Source: Flavobacteriales bacterium
GTDB lineage: Bacteria > Bacteroidota > Bacteroidia > Flavobacteriales > BACL11
Assembly (NCBI GenBank): GCA_002712715.1
Contig: PAUF01000007.1
Location: 514,134-578,133 of the forward strand
DNA: 64,000 bases
Reading direction: 5' to 3'
How positions within the stretch are numbered: the first letter of the stretch is position 1; every line of letters begins with the position of its first letter. The position numbers and the translations under genes were made by a program. The notes below the pieces were generated by a model that was given only the letters and a program-made list of their open reading frames with translations, was not told where the DNA came from and searched no databases. This document shows positions 18,336-29,590 of this stretch, one piece after another.

Positions 18336-21158
18336 ATGAAACTAAAGATTGTAAGTTTTATAATAATTTCCTTGGTTTCAATAATCGCAACATCACAAAA
18401 TTTTTCTATAAGTGGAAGTGTAACAGACGGTCAAACTGGTGAAGCATTAATTGGAGCAACTGTAATCTACGGCAAAGGTAAAGGCACATCAACAGATTTA
18501 AATGGAAAATTTTCTTTTGATATCCAAAAAGGGTTTAGATCAATAATAGTTTCATATGTTGGATATAAACAATGGTCTAAATCAATTAATTTTGAAAATA
18601 ATGGCAAAATAAACATTAAATTATATCCTATAGAACTATCTGAAGTCAAAATAATTGCTGACATTGCAATAGATAGAGAAACACCTGTGGCTTTTTCTAA
18701 TATTTCTCTAAAGAAAGTTAGTGAAGAATTAGCCTCTCAAGACATTCCTATGATTTTAAATAGCACTCCAGGTGTATACGCGACACAAAGTGGAGGTGGT
18801 GATGGGGATGCTAGAATAACTATTAGAGGGTTTAACCAAAGAAATGTTGCTGTTATGATTGATGGAATTCCCGTGAATGATATGGAAAATGGTTGGGTAT
18901 ATTGGTCAAATTGGTCTGGTTTAGACGCGGTAACTTCTAGAATACAAGTACAAAGAGGGCTTGGAGCTTCTAAAATAGCAATACCATCAGTTGGCGGAAC
19001 TATGAATCTATTAACACAAGGAATAAGTAATAAAGAAAGTGGTTCTTTTAAACAAGAAATTGGATCATTTGGACGGATTAAAACATCCATTGGTTACAAC
19101 TCGGGAAAGTTCAATAATGGCTGGGGATTTACAATAGCGGGTTCATATAAAAAAGGCAATGGCTTTGTTCAAGAAACATGGACGGAAGGATATTTTTATT
19201 ATGGTAAATTACAAAAAGAAATAGGAAATCATACTCTTACATTTTCCGCAATGGGAGCTCCACAAAAACATGGTCAAAGAGGATACAAAAGTACCATATA
19301 TTCATATGATACAACTTATGCGAACAATTTGGGCATAGGTGATTCTTTAGACTATCGAGATTTTAACATAATTGATAAAGGAATTAACTATAATAAACAT
19401 TGGGGTTATATTGACAGATGGAAAATAGATGAACAAGGTGATACAATTCATAATGAATCGATATTAAATACAAGACAAAATTATTACCATAAACCCCAGT
19501 ATTCATTAAGACATCTCTGGAATGTAAATGAAAGACTGTTTGTTTCTAATATAGCATACCTATCAGTTGGTAACGGAGGAGGAACTAGAATTAGTGGAGG
19601 AAATACTAATAATTATGATAATGAAGGGCAATATAATTTACAAGAAGCTTATAACGGAAACATGCAAAATATTGATTTATTATATTCTGAAAATGAAAAT
19701 AAATCAAGTAGTTACTTAAGAAGTTCTATAAACAATCACTTTTGGTATGGATCATTATCTACTATTAATTATAATATTAATGAATCAATGAAAATATCAG
19801 GAGGAATTGATCTGAGAAAATATACTGGAGAACACTATGGAGAAGTTTACGATCTACTAGGAGGTGATTATATAATTGATGAATCAAATTCAACTCAATT
19901 ATCACAAATCAAGAAAGTAGGAGACATTGTAGGCTATCATAATGATGGACACGTAAAATGGATGGGAGGATTTAGCCAAATAGAATATAAAAATGATAAT
20001 CTTTCAACATTTATAAATTTATCCGGATCTAACTCAGGATATAAAAGACATGATTATTTTAATAAATTAGATTTAATACTTTTGGACACAACTATATCAG
20101 AAATATTAGGCACATCTGTAACAACTGAATATGTTATAGATGAAAACGGAGCTATTATTGGAGCAAATAAATCAATGATTGTAGATACTGTCGAATATAA
20201 TGGTCAAAAATATACAATGAACTCACCTGAAGCTAGACAAGATATTACTGATTGGAAATGGATACCAGGTTATACTATAAAATCTGGAATGAATTACAAT
20301 ATAGATGAATTAAATAATGTGTTTTTTAATCTTGGATATATTTCAAAAGCTCCTAGGTTCAATAATGTCTTTGACTACAACAACGAGCTCTTTCGAGATA
20401 TAAAAAATGAAAAAGTAAAAGCAATTGAAACAGGATATTCATTTCGATCCAAGATATTTTCATCCAACGTCAACGCCTATTATACATTGTGGGAAAATAA
20501 ACCTTCAAACGGTGGTGTAACTGTATTAATTGATGACGAAGCATTCAGATCTAATGTTAATGGGATGAATGCCTTACACAAAGGATTGGAAATTGATATC
20601 GCATATAAACCATTGAAAAACCTTCAAATCGAAGGACTACTATCTCTTGGAGATTGGAGATGGACATCAGCTGATACTGTTAGATTTTATGATGACAACA
20701 ATGAGATTGTAACTGATGATTTTGGAAATGAAGTTATAGCAGCGTTCGATGCTGAAGGTGTACATGTAGGTGATGCAGCGCAAACTCAATATGGGATTAG
20801 TTTAAGATATGAACCAAATAGAAAATCATACTTAAAATTAAGGGCAACTTATTTTGATGATTACTATTCTGATTTTGATCCATTAAGTTTGAATGGCAAT
20901 AACGCAGGAAGAGAAAGTTGGAAAATACCTGAGTATAGTCTTTTGGATTTACACGCAGGATACACAATAAATTTATATAAAGAAACTAAATTATCAATCA
21001 AAATAAGTGTTCTTAATTTACTGAACACAGTATATATTTCTGATGCTCAAAATAATGACCCATACAATGCTTCATTTCAAGATTTTGATGCTAAGTCCGC
21101 TGGTGTTTTCTTTGGGCTTGGTAGAAGATTTAATATAACAGCAAAAATAAACTTTTAA
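18336..21158 (+). CDS. TonB-dependent outer-membrane receptor (CarboxypepD_reg N-domain, no SusD partner)
   Basis: It has a signal peptide, the block ISGSVTDGQTGEALIGATV, a plug region, a 940-aa length and a barrel ending ...TAKINF. Confidence 0.85.
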   Translation: MKLKIVSFIIISLVSIIATSQNFSISGSVTDGQTGEALIGATVIYGKGKGTSTDLNGKFSFDIQKGFRSIIVSYVGYKQWSKSINFENNGKINIKLYPIELSEVKIIADIAIDRETPVAFSNISLKKVSEELASQDIPMILNSTPGVYATQSGGGDGDARITIRGFNQRNVAVMIDGIPVNDMENGWVYWSNWSGLDAVTSRIQVQRGLGASKIAIPSVGGTMNLLTQGISNKESGSFKQEIGSFGRIKTSIGYNSGKFNNGWGFTIAGSYKKGNGFVQETWTEGYFYYGKLQKEIGNHTLTFSAMGAPQKHGQRGYKSTIYSYDTTYANNLGIGDSLDYRDFNIIDKGINYNKHWGYIDRWKIDEQGDTIHNESILNTRQNYYHKPQYSLRHLWNVNERLFVSNIAYLSVGNGGGTRISGGNTNNYDNEGQYNLQEAYNGNMQNIDLLYSENENKSSSYLRSSINNHFWYGSLSTINYNINESMKISGGIDLRKYTGEHYGEVYDLLGGDYIIDESNSTQLSQIKKVGDIVGYHNDGHVKWMGGFSQIEYKNDNLSTFINLSGSNSGYKRHDYFNKLDLILLDTTISEILGTSVTTEYVIDENGAIIGANKSMIVDTVEYNGQKYTMNSPEARQDITDWKWIPGYTIKSGMNYNIDELNNVFFNLGYISKAPRFNNVFDYNNELFRDIKNEKVKAIETGYSFRSKIFSSNVNAYYTLWENKPSNGGVTVLIDDEAFRSNVNGMNALHKGLEIDIAYKPLKNLQIEGLLSLGDWRWTSADTVRFYDDNNEIVTDDFGNEVIAAFDAEGVHVGDAAQTQYGISLRYEPNRKSYLKLRATYFDDYYSDFDPLSLNGNNAGRESWKIPEYSLLDLHAGYTINLYKETKLSIKISVLNLLNTVYISDAQNNDPYNASFQDFDAKSAGVFFGLGRRFNITAKINF

Positions 21159-21162
21159 CAAC

Positions 21163-23325
21163 ATGATGAAAAAAACTTTAATACTAGTAATTTCAACTTT
21201 ATTTAACCTCTCAATAATTTCTCAAGACTTGTCCACTATACGTTTACAACCATTAGGAACAACAGTTACAGTAACGGGCATTGCTACAAATGGTTCTGAA
21301 CTTGGAGTAATTAGATATATAGAAGACGGAACAGCAGGCATAGCTCTATATGATTTATCTCAATCTACGGCATCACCAAATAATTATCTTACTAATATTT
21401 CCAGAGGAGACAGTATTACAATTACTGGTGAACTGGCTGATTATAACGGATTATTAGAAATTTATGTTTCAGTCCCTCCAACATTACATTCTACAAATAA
21501 TGCTTTACCGATACCTCAATTAGTTACACCCATCCAAATAGGAGAAAACACTGAAGCTGAACTTGTACAAATTGATAACGCTATTTTTAGTAATGGAGGA
21601 TCTATCTTTGCTGGCAACAGCACTCATGATTTTACTTCAAATGGAGAATCTGGCAGAGTCTATATTAAATCAGGCAGTCCTCTAGCAAACTCACTAATAC
21701 CAATGGGACCTGTTACAATTATTGGGATCTCTTCTCAATACATAAATCCAGCAAGTCCCAACATATTAACTAGCTACCAAATTATTCCAAGAGACTCCTC
21801 AGATATCATTCCTGGATCTCTAATTTTCACAACACCAGTAATGCAAACCAATATTACTTCAAATTCTTTTGACTTATCTTGGTCTGTTTCAGATTCATCT
21901 AATACTAATTGCAATTTCGGCACTAGTATAACAATGGGCAACGTCATCAATAATGCTGGAAACTCACTTTCGCATTCAATGACCTTGTCAGGACTACAAC
22001 CCGCTACCTTTTATTTTGTTCAATGCTATTCAATAAAAGGCATTGACACTGCATTTTCAAATGTGGGGATCTATAGTACTGCGTCAAATTCTACTGGAAA
22101 AATTAGGCCTTACTTCAATCATTCTGTGGATACATCATTTGCTATTATTTCAGGCACAAATGCGCAAAACATTACTACTTATTTCAATGATACAATAAAA
22201 GCATATATGGATTTAGCTCAATCAACTCTAGATATTTGCGTTTACAACGCTTCTGACGCAACTATCGCTAGCGCTATTAATGACGCTTACAATAGGGGTG
22301 TATCTGTAAGATATATAGCAGATGATGATGTAACTAATTCAATGATTGGATCGCTCAACACTAATATCCCTATAGTATATAGAAATTCATCTTTATCTGG
22401 AATCATGCATAACAAATTTGTAATTATAGATGCTAACAGTGTCAATAATTCATGGATATTAAGTGGATCTACAAATTGGACAAACCCTTCAAATCTTTTT
22501 AACGATTATAATAATTTAATATTTATTCAAGACCAAGCTTTAGCTAAAGCTTATACTATAGAATTTGAAGAAATGTGGTCTGGAATTTTTGGAAATCAAA
22601 AAGAAGACAATACCCCTCATAAATTCTCTATTGGAGGAAAAGATGTTGAATTATACTTCTCTCCATCAGATCAAACAACATCTAAAATAATCGATTTTAT
22701 TGATAAGGTTGATTACAGTTTGGAAATAGGTCTACTAAGTTTCACTAGAGATGATATTGGAGATAAAGTGATTGAAAAAGATAATCAATTTGGCGTAATT
22801 GTTAGAGGAATTATTGAACAGGAAAATGTTACTGGAAGTGAGTTTTCAAATTTAAATAGCGCAGGTGTCAATGTTAGATCTCATACGGGAGTCCAACATT
22901 CATTTCACCACAAATACGCAATAGCTGATGCTAATGTGTCAGCTGCTAATTCAGCAGTATTAACGGGATCTCATAATTGGAGCACAAATGCTGAAGTAAA
23001 TTCTGATGAAAATACACTTATAATTTATGATAATATAATTGCAAATATATATTTACAAGAATTTGAAAAAAGATGGTCTGAATTAAGTTCCACAAATTTA
23101 ACCAATGTGCATGTAAATATTTCAAGTTACCCTAATCCATCTAGAGGAAATGTGAATTTAGAATCAGACTTTGAAATACTTTATACTAATATTTATAATT
23201 ATGAAGGAAAATTGATCCGAAAAGAAAACACCAATACTTTTATAATTGATAAAGGAGGAATTTATTTTCTAAAATCATTTTTAAAAAATAACACTTTCTC
23301 ATTAAATAAAGTAATAATACAATAA
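21163..23325 (+). CDS. Secreted phospholipase-D/nuclease-family protein (2 HKD motifs) with an N-terminal OB-fold-like domain, an FN3-like domain and a T9SS CTD
   Basis: The HKD motifs are HNKFVIIDAN...GSTNWT and HHKYAIADAN...GSHNWS. The CTD begins SSYPNPSRGNVNL. Confidence 0.75.
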   Translation: MMKKTLILVISTLFNLSIISQDLSTIRLQPLGTTVTVTGIATNGSELGVIRYIEDGTAGIALYDLSQSTASPNNYLTNISRGDSITITGELADYNGLLEIYVSVPPTLHSTNNALPIPQLVTPIQIGENTEAELVQIDNAIFSNGGSIFAGNSTHDFTSNGESGRVYIKSGSPLANSLIPMGPVTIIGISSQYINPASPNILTSYQIIPRDSSDIIPGSLIFTTPVMQTNITSNSFDLSWSVSDSSNTNCNFGTSITMGNVINNAGNSLSHSMTLSGLQPATFYFVQCYSIKGIDTAFSNVGIYSTASNSTGKIRPYFNHSVDTSFAIISGTNAQNITTYFNDTIKAYMDLAQSTLDICVYNASDATIASAINDAYNRGVSVRYIADDDVTNSMIGSLNTNIPIVYRNSSLSGIMHNKFVIIDANSVNNSWILSGSTNWTNPSNLFNDYNNLIFIQDQALAKAYTIEFEEMWSGIFGNQKEDNTPHKFSIGGKDVELYFSPSDQTTSKIIDFIDKVDYSLEIGLLSFTRDDIGDKVIEKDNQFGVIVRGIIEQENVTGSEFSNLNSAGVNVRSHTGVQHSFHHKYAIADANVSAANSAVLTGSHNWSTNAEVNSDENTLIIYDNIIANIYLQEFEKRWSELSSTNLTNVHVNISSYPNPSRGNVNLESDFEILYTNIYNYEGKLIRKENTNTFIIDKGGIYFLKSFLKNNTFSLNKVIIQ

Positions 23326-23375
23326 AACTATATTACCTTTTTAAGATTAAAATACATATAGTAATAATAAAAGGT

Positions 23376-23383
23376 TAGTTTTG
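23376..23383 (+). promoter_or_regulatory. -7 promoter box TAGTTTTG
   Basis: It is an exact TAnnTTTG match 18 nt upstream of ATG 23401. Confidence 0.45.
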
Positions 23384-23400
23384 CAGTAAATTCTCTAAAG

Positions 23401-25158
23401 ATGAAATTTTCAGAAATTGGATTAAATGAAAAAATCCTGAAAGCAATAAAGGATTTAGGCTTTGAAAATCCAACGCCTGTACAAGTACAAACTATACCTT
23501 TTGTTCTTCAAGAAGAAAGGGACTTAATTTCTCTTGCTCAAACAGGAACAGGTAAAACTGCCGCATTTGGATTGCCAATTATTGAAAGAATTGATGAAAA
23601 TAGAAACCAAACTCAATCAATTATTTTATGTCCTACAAGAGAACTATGTCTTCAAATAACTAAAGATCTAAATACTTACTCTTCATACTATAAAAAATTA
23701 AAAATTACCGCTATTTATGGAGGAGCTAATATACAGCCTCAAATAAGAGCTCTAAATTCAGGCAGTCAAATTGTTGTAGGAACACCCGGCAGAGTTATTG
23801 ATTTGATTAATAGAAAAAAACTAAAACTGAAAGATGTAGAATTTCTTGTTTTAGATGAAGCAGATGAAATGCTTAACATGGGATTTAAAGAAGATTTAGA
23901 TATAATATTAGCTGAAACGCCAGAAGAAAAACAAACTCTTTTATTTTCCGCTACAATGCCAAAAGAAGTGCTTAAGATAACAAAAAACTATATGCACTCA
24001 CCCCATAGGATTGAAATAGCTAGCAGAAATGAGGGCGCTGATAACGTAGAGCATCATTACTATATAATTAACGCAAGAGATAGATATAAAGCCCTTAGAA
24101 GAATCAGTGATATAAATCCTGATATTTACGGTATTGTTTTCTGTAGAACAAGGAGAGAAACAAAAGATGTGTCGGATAAGTTAATGCAAGATGGATATAA
24201 TGCTGATGCTATTCATGGAGATTTATCACAAGCCCAAAGAGACCATGTAATGAATAGGTTTAGAAAAAAAAATCTGCAAATTCTAGTAGCTACTGATGTT
24301 GCGGCTAGAGGAATTGACATAAATGAATTAACCCATGTAATAAACTATAATCTTCCGGATGATAATGAAGTATATGTTCATCGATCTGGCAGAACAGGTA
24401 GGGCGGGAAATAAAGGAATTTCTATTATAATAGCACATAGCAGAGAGAAAAGAAAACTAATATCAATTGAAAAAATGATAAAAAAGGAACTAATCCTAAA
24501 AAAAGTTCCTAGAGGAGAAGAAATCTGTGAAGTGCAACTTATGACATTAATTGATAAAATTGTGGAAACTAAAGTAAGCCCGCAAATAGAACAGTATTTA
24601 GACGTAATTGAGGAAAAGCTATCTCATCTAAACAAAGAAGAACTATTAAAACATTTTGTTTCTGCTGAATTCAATAGATTTCTATCTTTTTACAAAAATG
24701 CTCCTGATCTAAATTGTATCGCCTCAAATAGTAAAAAAAATGAAAGATTGTCAGAAAAAGGATTTACACGTTTCTTTATTAATTTAGGAAGGAGTCATGA
24801 TCTTGAGCCTCAAAACCTAATAGGGTTAATTAATGAATATACAAGAAATAGAAATCATATTATTGGCAAAATTGATATCATGAAAAACTTTTCTTTCTTT
24901 GAAGTAGAGAAAACTGCAGAGAAAGAGATTTTATCTGGATTTTCTAAAAGTCAATGGAATGGTTTTCAATTGACTGTGGAAATTTCTAAACCAAAAAATG
25001 ATTCTAATAAAAGAAGAAATAAAAAATCCAATACTAAGAGCAAAAAAGGGGGATTGAGGGAAAATAAAAGAAAAGTATTTACTAAGAACAATTCAACAAA
25101 AAAAGGAGATTCTTTCAAAAATAAATTTAAAACAAGAGGGGGTAGAAAAAGAAGATAG
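23401..25158 (+). CDS. DEAD-box ATP-dependent RNA helicase (DeaD/CsdA-like) with a Lys/Arg-rich tail
   Basis: It has the motifs AQTGTGKT, DEAD, SAT and HRSGRTGRAG, plus a C-terminal DbpA-like region and a basic tail. Confidence 0.9.
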   Translation: MKFSEIGLNEKILKAIKDLGFENPTPVQVQTIPFVLQEERDLISLAQTGTGKTAAFGLPIIERIDENRNQTQSIILCPTRELCLQITKDLNTYSSYYKKLKITAIYGGANIQPQIRALNSGSQIVVGTPGRVIDLINRKKLKLKDVEFLVLDEADEMLNMGFKEDLDIILAETPEEKQTLLFSATMPKEVLKITKNYMHSPHRIEIASRNEGADNVEHHYYIINARDRYKALRRISDINPDIYGIVFCRTRRETKDVSDKLMQDGYNADAIHGDLSQAQRDHVMNRFRKKNLQILVATDVAARGIDINELTHVINYNLPDDNEVYVHRSGRTGRAGNKGISIIIAHSREKRKLISIEKMIKKELILKKVPRGEEICEVQLMTLIDKIVETKVSPQIEQYLDVIEEKLSHLNKEELLKHFVSAEFNRFLSFYKNAPDLNCIASNSKKNERLSEKGFTRFFINLGRSHDLEPQNLIGLINEYTRNRNHIIGKIDIMKNFSFFEVEKTAEKEILSGFSKSQWNGFQLTVEISKPKNDSNKRRNKKSNTKSKKGGLRENKRKVFTKNNSTKKGDSFKNKFKTRGGRKRR

Positions 25159-25167
25159 AACTCCAAA

Positions 25168-25824
25168 TTATACTATAGCCTCTTTCAAATAGAAAGGATC
25201 ACAATAAGCTACATCTTCAAAATCATTTTCACTAAACTTTTGGAAGGACATAGATCCCATTGATCTTGCTGATGGCATAATATCTAATAAAAAATTACCG
25301 TTGGGGATTATGTTTTTAACTTTTTCAGATCCTGTTCCAAAACAAATTACTTTCTTATAATGGTTTGTATTAAAAGAATCTTGATGGACACTAACAGACG
25401 CAATTGGTTCAACTAAATTTAAATTAATATCATACAATGCGGTATACACTTCATTTTTTCTAGAGTTAATCATTGGTCTGAATAAATCAAAACCGCTATT
25501 ATTAGATAAAACTTGGCATGTCATTATTTCTAAGGAATTTAAACCAATTAAAGGAATAGATAATGCATAGCAAAGTCCCTTTGCTGAAGCCATCCCTATT
25601 CTCAATCCAGTATAAGATCCGGGTCCTTTAGAAATAGAGATTGCTGAAATATCAGAAAAACTAACTCCATAATCATCAACAACATCTTTAATGAAAGTAG
25701 CTAGATTTTCCGAATGAGAATAATTTTCAGAACAAATTTCTTTAAAAGAAATACAATCATTTCTATTAAATAACGCAACAGAACAATTTTTTGAAGAAGT
25801 TTCTAAATTTAATATTAAAGCCAT
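25168..25824 (-). CDS. tsaB: tRNA t6A37 biosynthesis protein TsaB
   Basis: It has the blocks LNLETSSKNCSVAL and GPGSYTGLRIG and is about 218 aa long. Confidence 0.8.
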   Translation of the reverse strand: MALILNLETSSKNCSVALFNRNDCISFKEICSENYSHSENLATFIKDVVDDYGVSFSDISAISISKGPGSYTGLRIGMASAKGLCYALSIPLIGLNSLEIMTCQVLSNNSGFDLFRPMINSRKNEVYTALYDINLNLVEPIASVSVHQDSFNTNHYKKVICFGTGSEKVKNIIPNGNFLLDIMPSARSMGSMSFQKFSENDFEDVAYCDPFYLKEAIV

Positions 25825-27411
25825 TTAAAAATCGTAATATTTATTAAACATATCTGACTTAATAGCAAAGAAAGTAAAATTTGTAACTCTAGGACTATAA
25901 CTTTCATGATGAATTTGTGGATTTAAATATCTCAACAAATGACCTATCTCTAATTTCAAGTTAGTTGTAGGATTAATTAAATAAGAAATAGAGAATTTAC
26001 AAGATACAAGTTTGGTATCATTTCCCTGAAACATGTGTATTCCATAATCTGAAGGTCGATTAGAATTTGTCACGAAAATATCATCACCATAATTTGTAGG
26101 GTTGCCAGGAATTTTAGATCCATATCGAGCTCGCATATATTGTGTATTAAAATACCATTTGTTATATTTATAATCTATAAAAACTAATAGCTCATTGAAA
26201 TTAGATCCTAATGGATGAGATAAAGACTCGTAATAATGTCCATAATTTTGACTTACACTGACATGAGAATACATATAAGGTCTAGCATAGTTGTTTTCTA
26301 TTTGTAAGATTAAATTAGATATATTAAAAAGGTCATAATATTTATATCCTAACTGAAAAGAGTATTTATTGCCCCACCATCCATCACCATTTTTTATAGA
26401 TGGTTGTGAAAACTCATCCAGAACAAACTGACCATACGTATTTGAATTTTTATTAATTAAATATTTGAAATTTATTCCCATTAAATAATTATCTGAAGAA
26501 TTTAATGAAAACTCTACAGGTCTTAAGAAAATTATAGGATTTAAATAAGCGATATCAAATCCAGAAAATTCTGGAGTTCTAATATTATCCCAGATTATAG
26601 TTTCATAAAGGCCTAAATTCCATCTATCACCAATATTTATACTTAGATGATGCAGTGTCATATATTTTCGATTATAAGTAATATCTTGAGAAGGGTTAGA
26701 CATCATGTCAATATGTTCCATATATAAATTAGTATACTTAAATTTACCAATAGAGGTAACTAACTTTAAATATGGATAATTAAAAGCATTGTCAGACAAT
26801 ATCATGGATCGATACCCATCGCCAATGAAATTTTTTCCTGTACCAAATTGTACATCAAGATAATTAGACAGCTGTAACGTAAAATTAGCAGAAGACATGC
26901 TATAATCAAAAATTGAATCATTAGTCCAACGAGATTCTCCTTGGCCAGGTATTATCCATGCATTTCTATTAAAAATAAAATTATTAATATAGGTTGGGAA
27001 TCTTGATTGATTTTCAAAAAAACTAGAAGTAAAGATTAATTTATTACCAATTTTACCTTCTAAAAGAAAACCTCTGGTATTATTCCATTTATATTGTTCA
27101 GAACCAAACTCACGATCTATTTCCAAATGAACAATTGGATTAAAAGCAAAATAATATTCATGATTTTTAGATATTAAAAAATTTTCATCCATTAATTTTC
27201 TTTGTAACCAATTTTTATTCATATCAAAATTTGATATGCTATCAATTTGAAAAGAGTATAAAGGTTTTACAGCAGTATGTAAGTCACTTCCTATCTGATT
27301 TCTTTCTTTTTCATTGTGGATGACATAATCTCTATCTAAACTTTGATATAATTTTTGATTAAAAGAATTAAATGAATAGAAAAAAAATATAAGTGCAAAC
27401 AAAAACCTCAC
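25825..27411 (-). CDS. Predicted outer-membrane beta-barrel protein (possibly capsule-assembly Wzi-like)
   Basis: It has a signal peptide, an aromatic-rich alternating sequence and a C-terminal ...KYYDF. A 4-nt overlap links it to the upstream wecA-like gene. The family assignment is tentative. Confidence 0.45.
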   Translation of the reverse strand: MRFLFALIFFFYSFNSFNQKLYQSLDRDYVIHNEKERNQIGSDLHTAVKPLYSFQIDSISNFDMNKNWLQRKLMDENFLISKNHEYYFAFNPIVHLEIDREFGSEQYKWNNTRGFLLEGKIGNKLIFTSSFFENQSRFPTYINNFIFNRNAWIIPGQGESRWTNDSIFDYSMSSANFTLQLSNYLDVQFGTGKNFIGDGYRSMILSDNAFNYPYLKLVTSIGKFKYTNLYMEHIDMMSNPSQDITYNRKYMTLHHLSINIGDRWNLGLYETIIWDNIRTPEFSGFDIAYLNPIIFLRPVEFSLNSSDNYLMGINFKYLINKNSNTYGQFVLDEFSQPSIKNGDGWWGNKYSFQLGYKYYDLFNISNLILQIENNYARPYMYSHVSVSQNYGHYYESLSHPLGSNFNELLVFIDYKYNKWYFNTQYMRARYGSKIPGNPTNYGDDIFVTNSNRPSDYGIHMFQGNDTKLVSCKFSISYLINPTTNLKLEIGHLLRYLNPQIHHESYSPRVTNFTFFAIKSDMFNKYYDF

Positions 27412-28520
27412 TTTCTTGTTTCTCTAATTCTTAATAAAATAAATGGAAATGACATACAGCTTAAGACAAAAGCAGATAAAGCAAAAATAGCTAATGAATG
27501 CTCATATTGAATCAATTGATAAGAAATACAAATAATTACTATGCTAAATATCCATAAAATAATACTTGATGTTCTATGGCCAAATCCTAAATCTAAAAGA
27601 GCATGATGAATATGATTTCTATCAGCATGTAAAGGATTGTATCCAGAAAGGGACCTAATTATAAATATCCTAAAAGTGTCGTATAATGGTACAGCTAAAA
27701 TTGCAATAGCCATAAAAGGACCCCTTTTACCGAAACGACTTTCATTTATCAAATCATCTCCAAAGGGCAAAGCAACTCCTTCGTTAATTAATCTTATTGC
27801 AAAAATAGACAATATCATTCCTACAACAAGTGAGCCTGTATCTCCCATAAAAATAGAAGCTGGATTAAAATTAAATCTCAAAAAAGCTAATAAGGATCCA
27901 ATAACTGCAAAAGATAAAATAGTAAAGCCATAGTCTTGATTTAAAAAAAACAAAAAACCAAAAAAAGCTGAAGATATTACCCCTAGACCTCCAGCAAGAC
28001 CATCAATTCCATCTATTAAATTATATGCATTTGTAATAACAATTACTACAAAAATTGTAAAAAATATTGATAACGACATCGGTAAAGCTTGAATTCCTAA
28101 AACCCCCATCATACTTTTTATTTCCAATCCACCCAAAAAAATAAGTATTAAAACAGCTACAATCTGAGATATTAATTTTTTTATAGGAGTTAAGGAAAGT
28201 AAGTCATCAATTAATCCCGTAAAAAAGATAATTATAATACTAAAAATAATTGCCAATCCTATCTTAAGATCTTGAACAATAATACTTACATCTTCATTCT
28301 CTATCCACAACAATGTCCTCCAAATTAATAACGACATAAGTATACCAACAAAAATACCGGCCCCTCCAAAAATAGGGACTTTTCCTTTATGAGAATGTCT
28401 TCCAGCCTTCGCTGCGTACAACCTTGAATTCTTAGCGAATTGAATAATTTTAGGAATAGCAAAATATGTTATAACAAAGGATGTTAACATTGGAGCAATA
28501 AATATTTTCAAAATCTCCAT
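27408..28520 (-). CDS. Polyprenyl-phosphate HexNAc-1-phosphate transferase (WecA/MraY family, initiating transferase)
   Basis: It has about 10 TM helices and the motifs NAYNLIDGIDGLAGG and FMGDTGS. Confidence 0.8.
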   Translation of the reverse strand: MEILKIFIAPMLTSFVITYFAIPKIIQFAKNSRLYAAKAGRHSHKGKVPIFGGAGIFVGILMSLLIWRTLLWIENEDVSIIVQDLKIGLAIIFSIIIIFFTGLIDDLLSLTPIKKLISQIVAVLILIFLGGLEIKSMMGVLGIQALPMSLSIFFTIFVVIVITNAYNLIDGIDGLAGGLGVISSAFFGFLFFLNQDYGFTILSFAVIGSLLAFLRFNFNPASIFMGDTGSLVVGMILSIFAIRLINEGVALPFGDDLINESRFGKRGPFMAIAILAVPLYDTFRIFIIRSLSGYNPLHADRNHIHHALLDLGFGHRTSSIILWIFSIVIICISYQLIQYEHSLAIFALSAFVLSCMSFPFILLRIRETRK

Positions 28521-28527
28521 TTTTTAT

Positions 28528-29565
28528 CTATTTCTTAAAATGTTTAATATTATTAATATCAGATGCAACCATTTCTTCACAAATATTAGATATTGAAACA
28601 TTAGGACTCCAACCAAGTAGTGATTTTGCTTTGGAATAATCGCCAATCAAAGCATCAACTTCTGCATGCCTAAATAATTTTTTATTTACTCTCACAATTA
28701 TTTTACCTGTATTAACATCTACCCCAACTTCCTCTACTCCCTTTCCTTCCCAAACAACATCAATGTCAACTATTTTAAAAGCCATCTCTGCAAATTGTCT
28801 TACAGTAAACGCCTCCCCTGTGGCTAAAACAAATGTATCTGGTTTATCATTTTGCATCATTCGAAACATTCCTTCTACATACTCGGGAGCGTACCCCCAA
28901 TCTCTACTAGCGTCCAAGTTACCTAATTCTAAATATTCTATTTCACCTTTTAATATTTTTGCAACACCTACAGAAATTTTCCTAGTAACAAATTCCATTC
29001 CTCTTAGAGGGGATTCGTGATTAAAAAGAATTCCACTACATGCAAAAATACCATAAGACTCTCGATAATTTGTTACCATCCAATGAGCATACAGTTTAGA
29101 AATACCATAAGGACTTCTGGGATAAAAAGGTGTAGATTCTTTTTGAGGAAACTCTAACGCTTTTCCATATAACTCTGATGTAGATGCTTGATAGAATTTA
29201 ATTTTCGTATCAACTAATCTTATTGCTTCTAACATATGTGTAACTCCAAGACCCGTAATCATACTAGTAGCAATTGGCTGATCAAATGATACATGTACAA
29301 AGCTTTGGGCGGCTAAATTATAAATCTCATCAGGATTAATACTTTGTACCATGCGAACTGTACTTAAAGGATCTATCAAATCATGCTCAACTAATTGCAA
29401 TCGGTCATGATTATTTATTTTCAAATATTCAATTCTCCAAAAATTCTGAGAACTTGTTCTTCTATACGCTCCATATACCATATATCCCTTATCTAACAAT
29501 AGCTTAGCTAAATAAGCTCCATCCTGTCCGGTAATTCCTGTAATTATTGCTTTTTTCATTATCAA
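28528..29565 (-). CDS. gmd: GDP-mannose 4,6-dehydratase family enzyme (may act on GDP-heptose)
   Basis: It has the blocks [27 protein letters not shown] and [16 protein letters not shown]. The start may be the third codon (MKKAIITG, 29559). Confidence 0.85.
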   Translation of the reverse strand: MIMKKAIITGITGQDGAYLAKLLLDKGYMVYGAYRRTSSQNFWRIEYLKINNHDRLQLVEHDLIDPLSTVRMVQSINPDEIYNLAAQSFVHVSFDQPIATSMITGLGVTHMLEAIRLVDTKIKFYQASTSELYGKALEFPQKESTPFYPRSPYGISKLYAHWMVTNYRESYGIFACSGILFNHESPLRGMEFVTRKISVGVAKILKGEIEYLELGNLDASRDWGYAPEYVEGMFRMMQNDKPDTFVLATGEAFTVRQFAEMAFKIVDIDVVWEGKGVEEVGVDVNTGKIIVRVNKKLFRHAEVDALIGDYSKAKSLLGWSPNVSISNICEEMVASDINNIKHFKK

Positions 29566-29590
29566 TTATGGTTAAGAATGGTAAAGATAC

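Noticed and set aside
27637-27933. Antisense or alternative-frame ORFs inside long genes. Examples: 27637-27933, 18737-19090, 13766-14074, 3469-3777, 9793-10065, 34181-34965, 39392-39670, 48051-48290, 49616-49843 and 55476-55838.
   Set aside because: Each is nested in a gene with clear family motifs on the other strand or frame. They have no motifs or promoter boxes of their own. Such ORFs are expected by chance when the opposite strand is constrained in an AT-rich genome.
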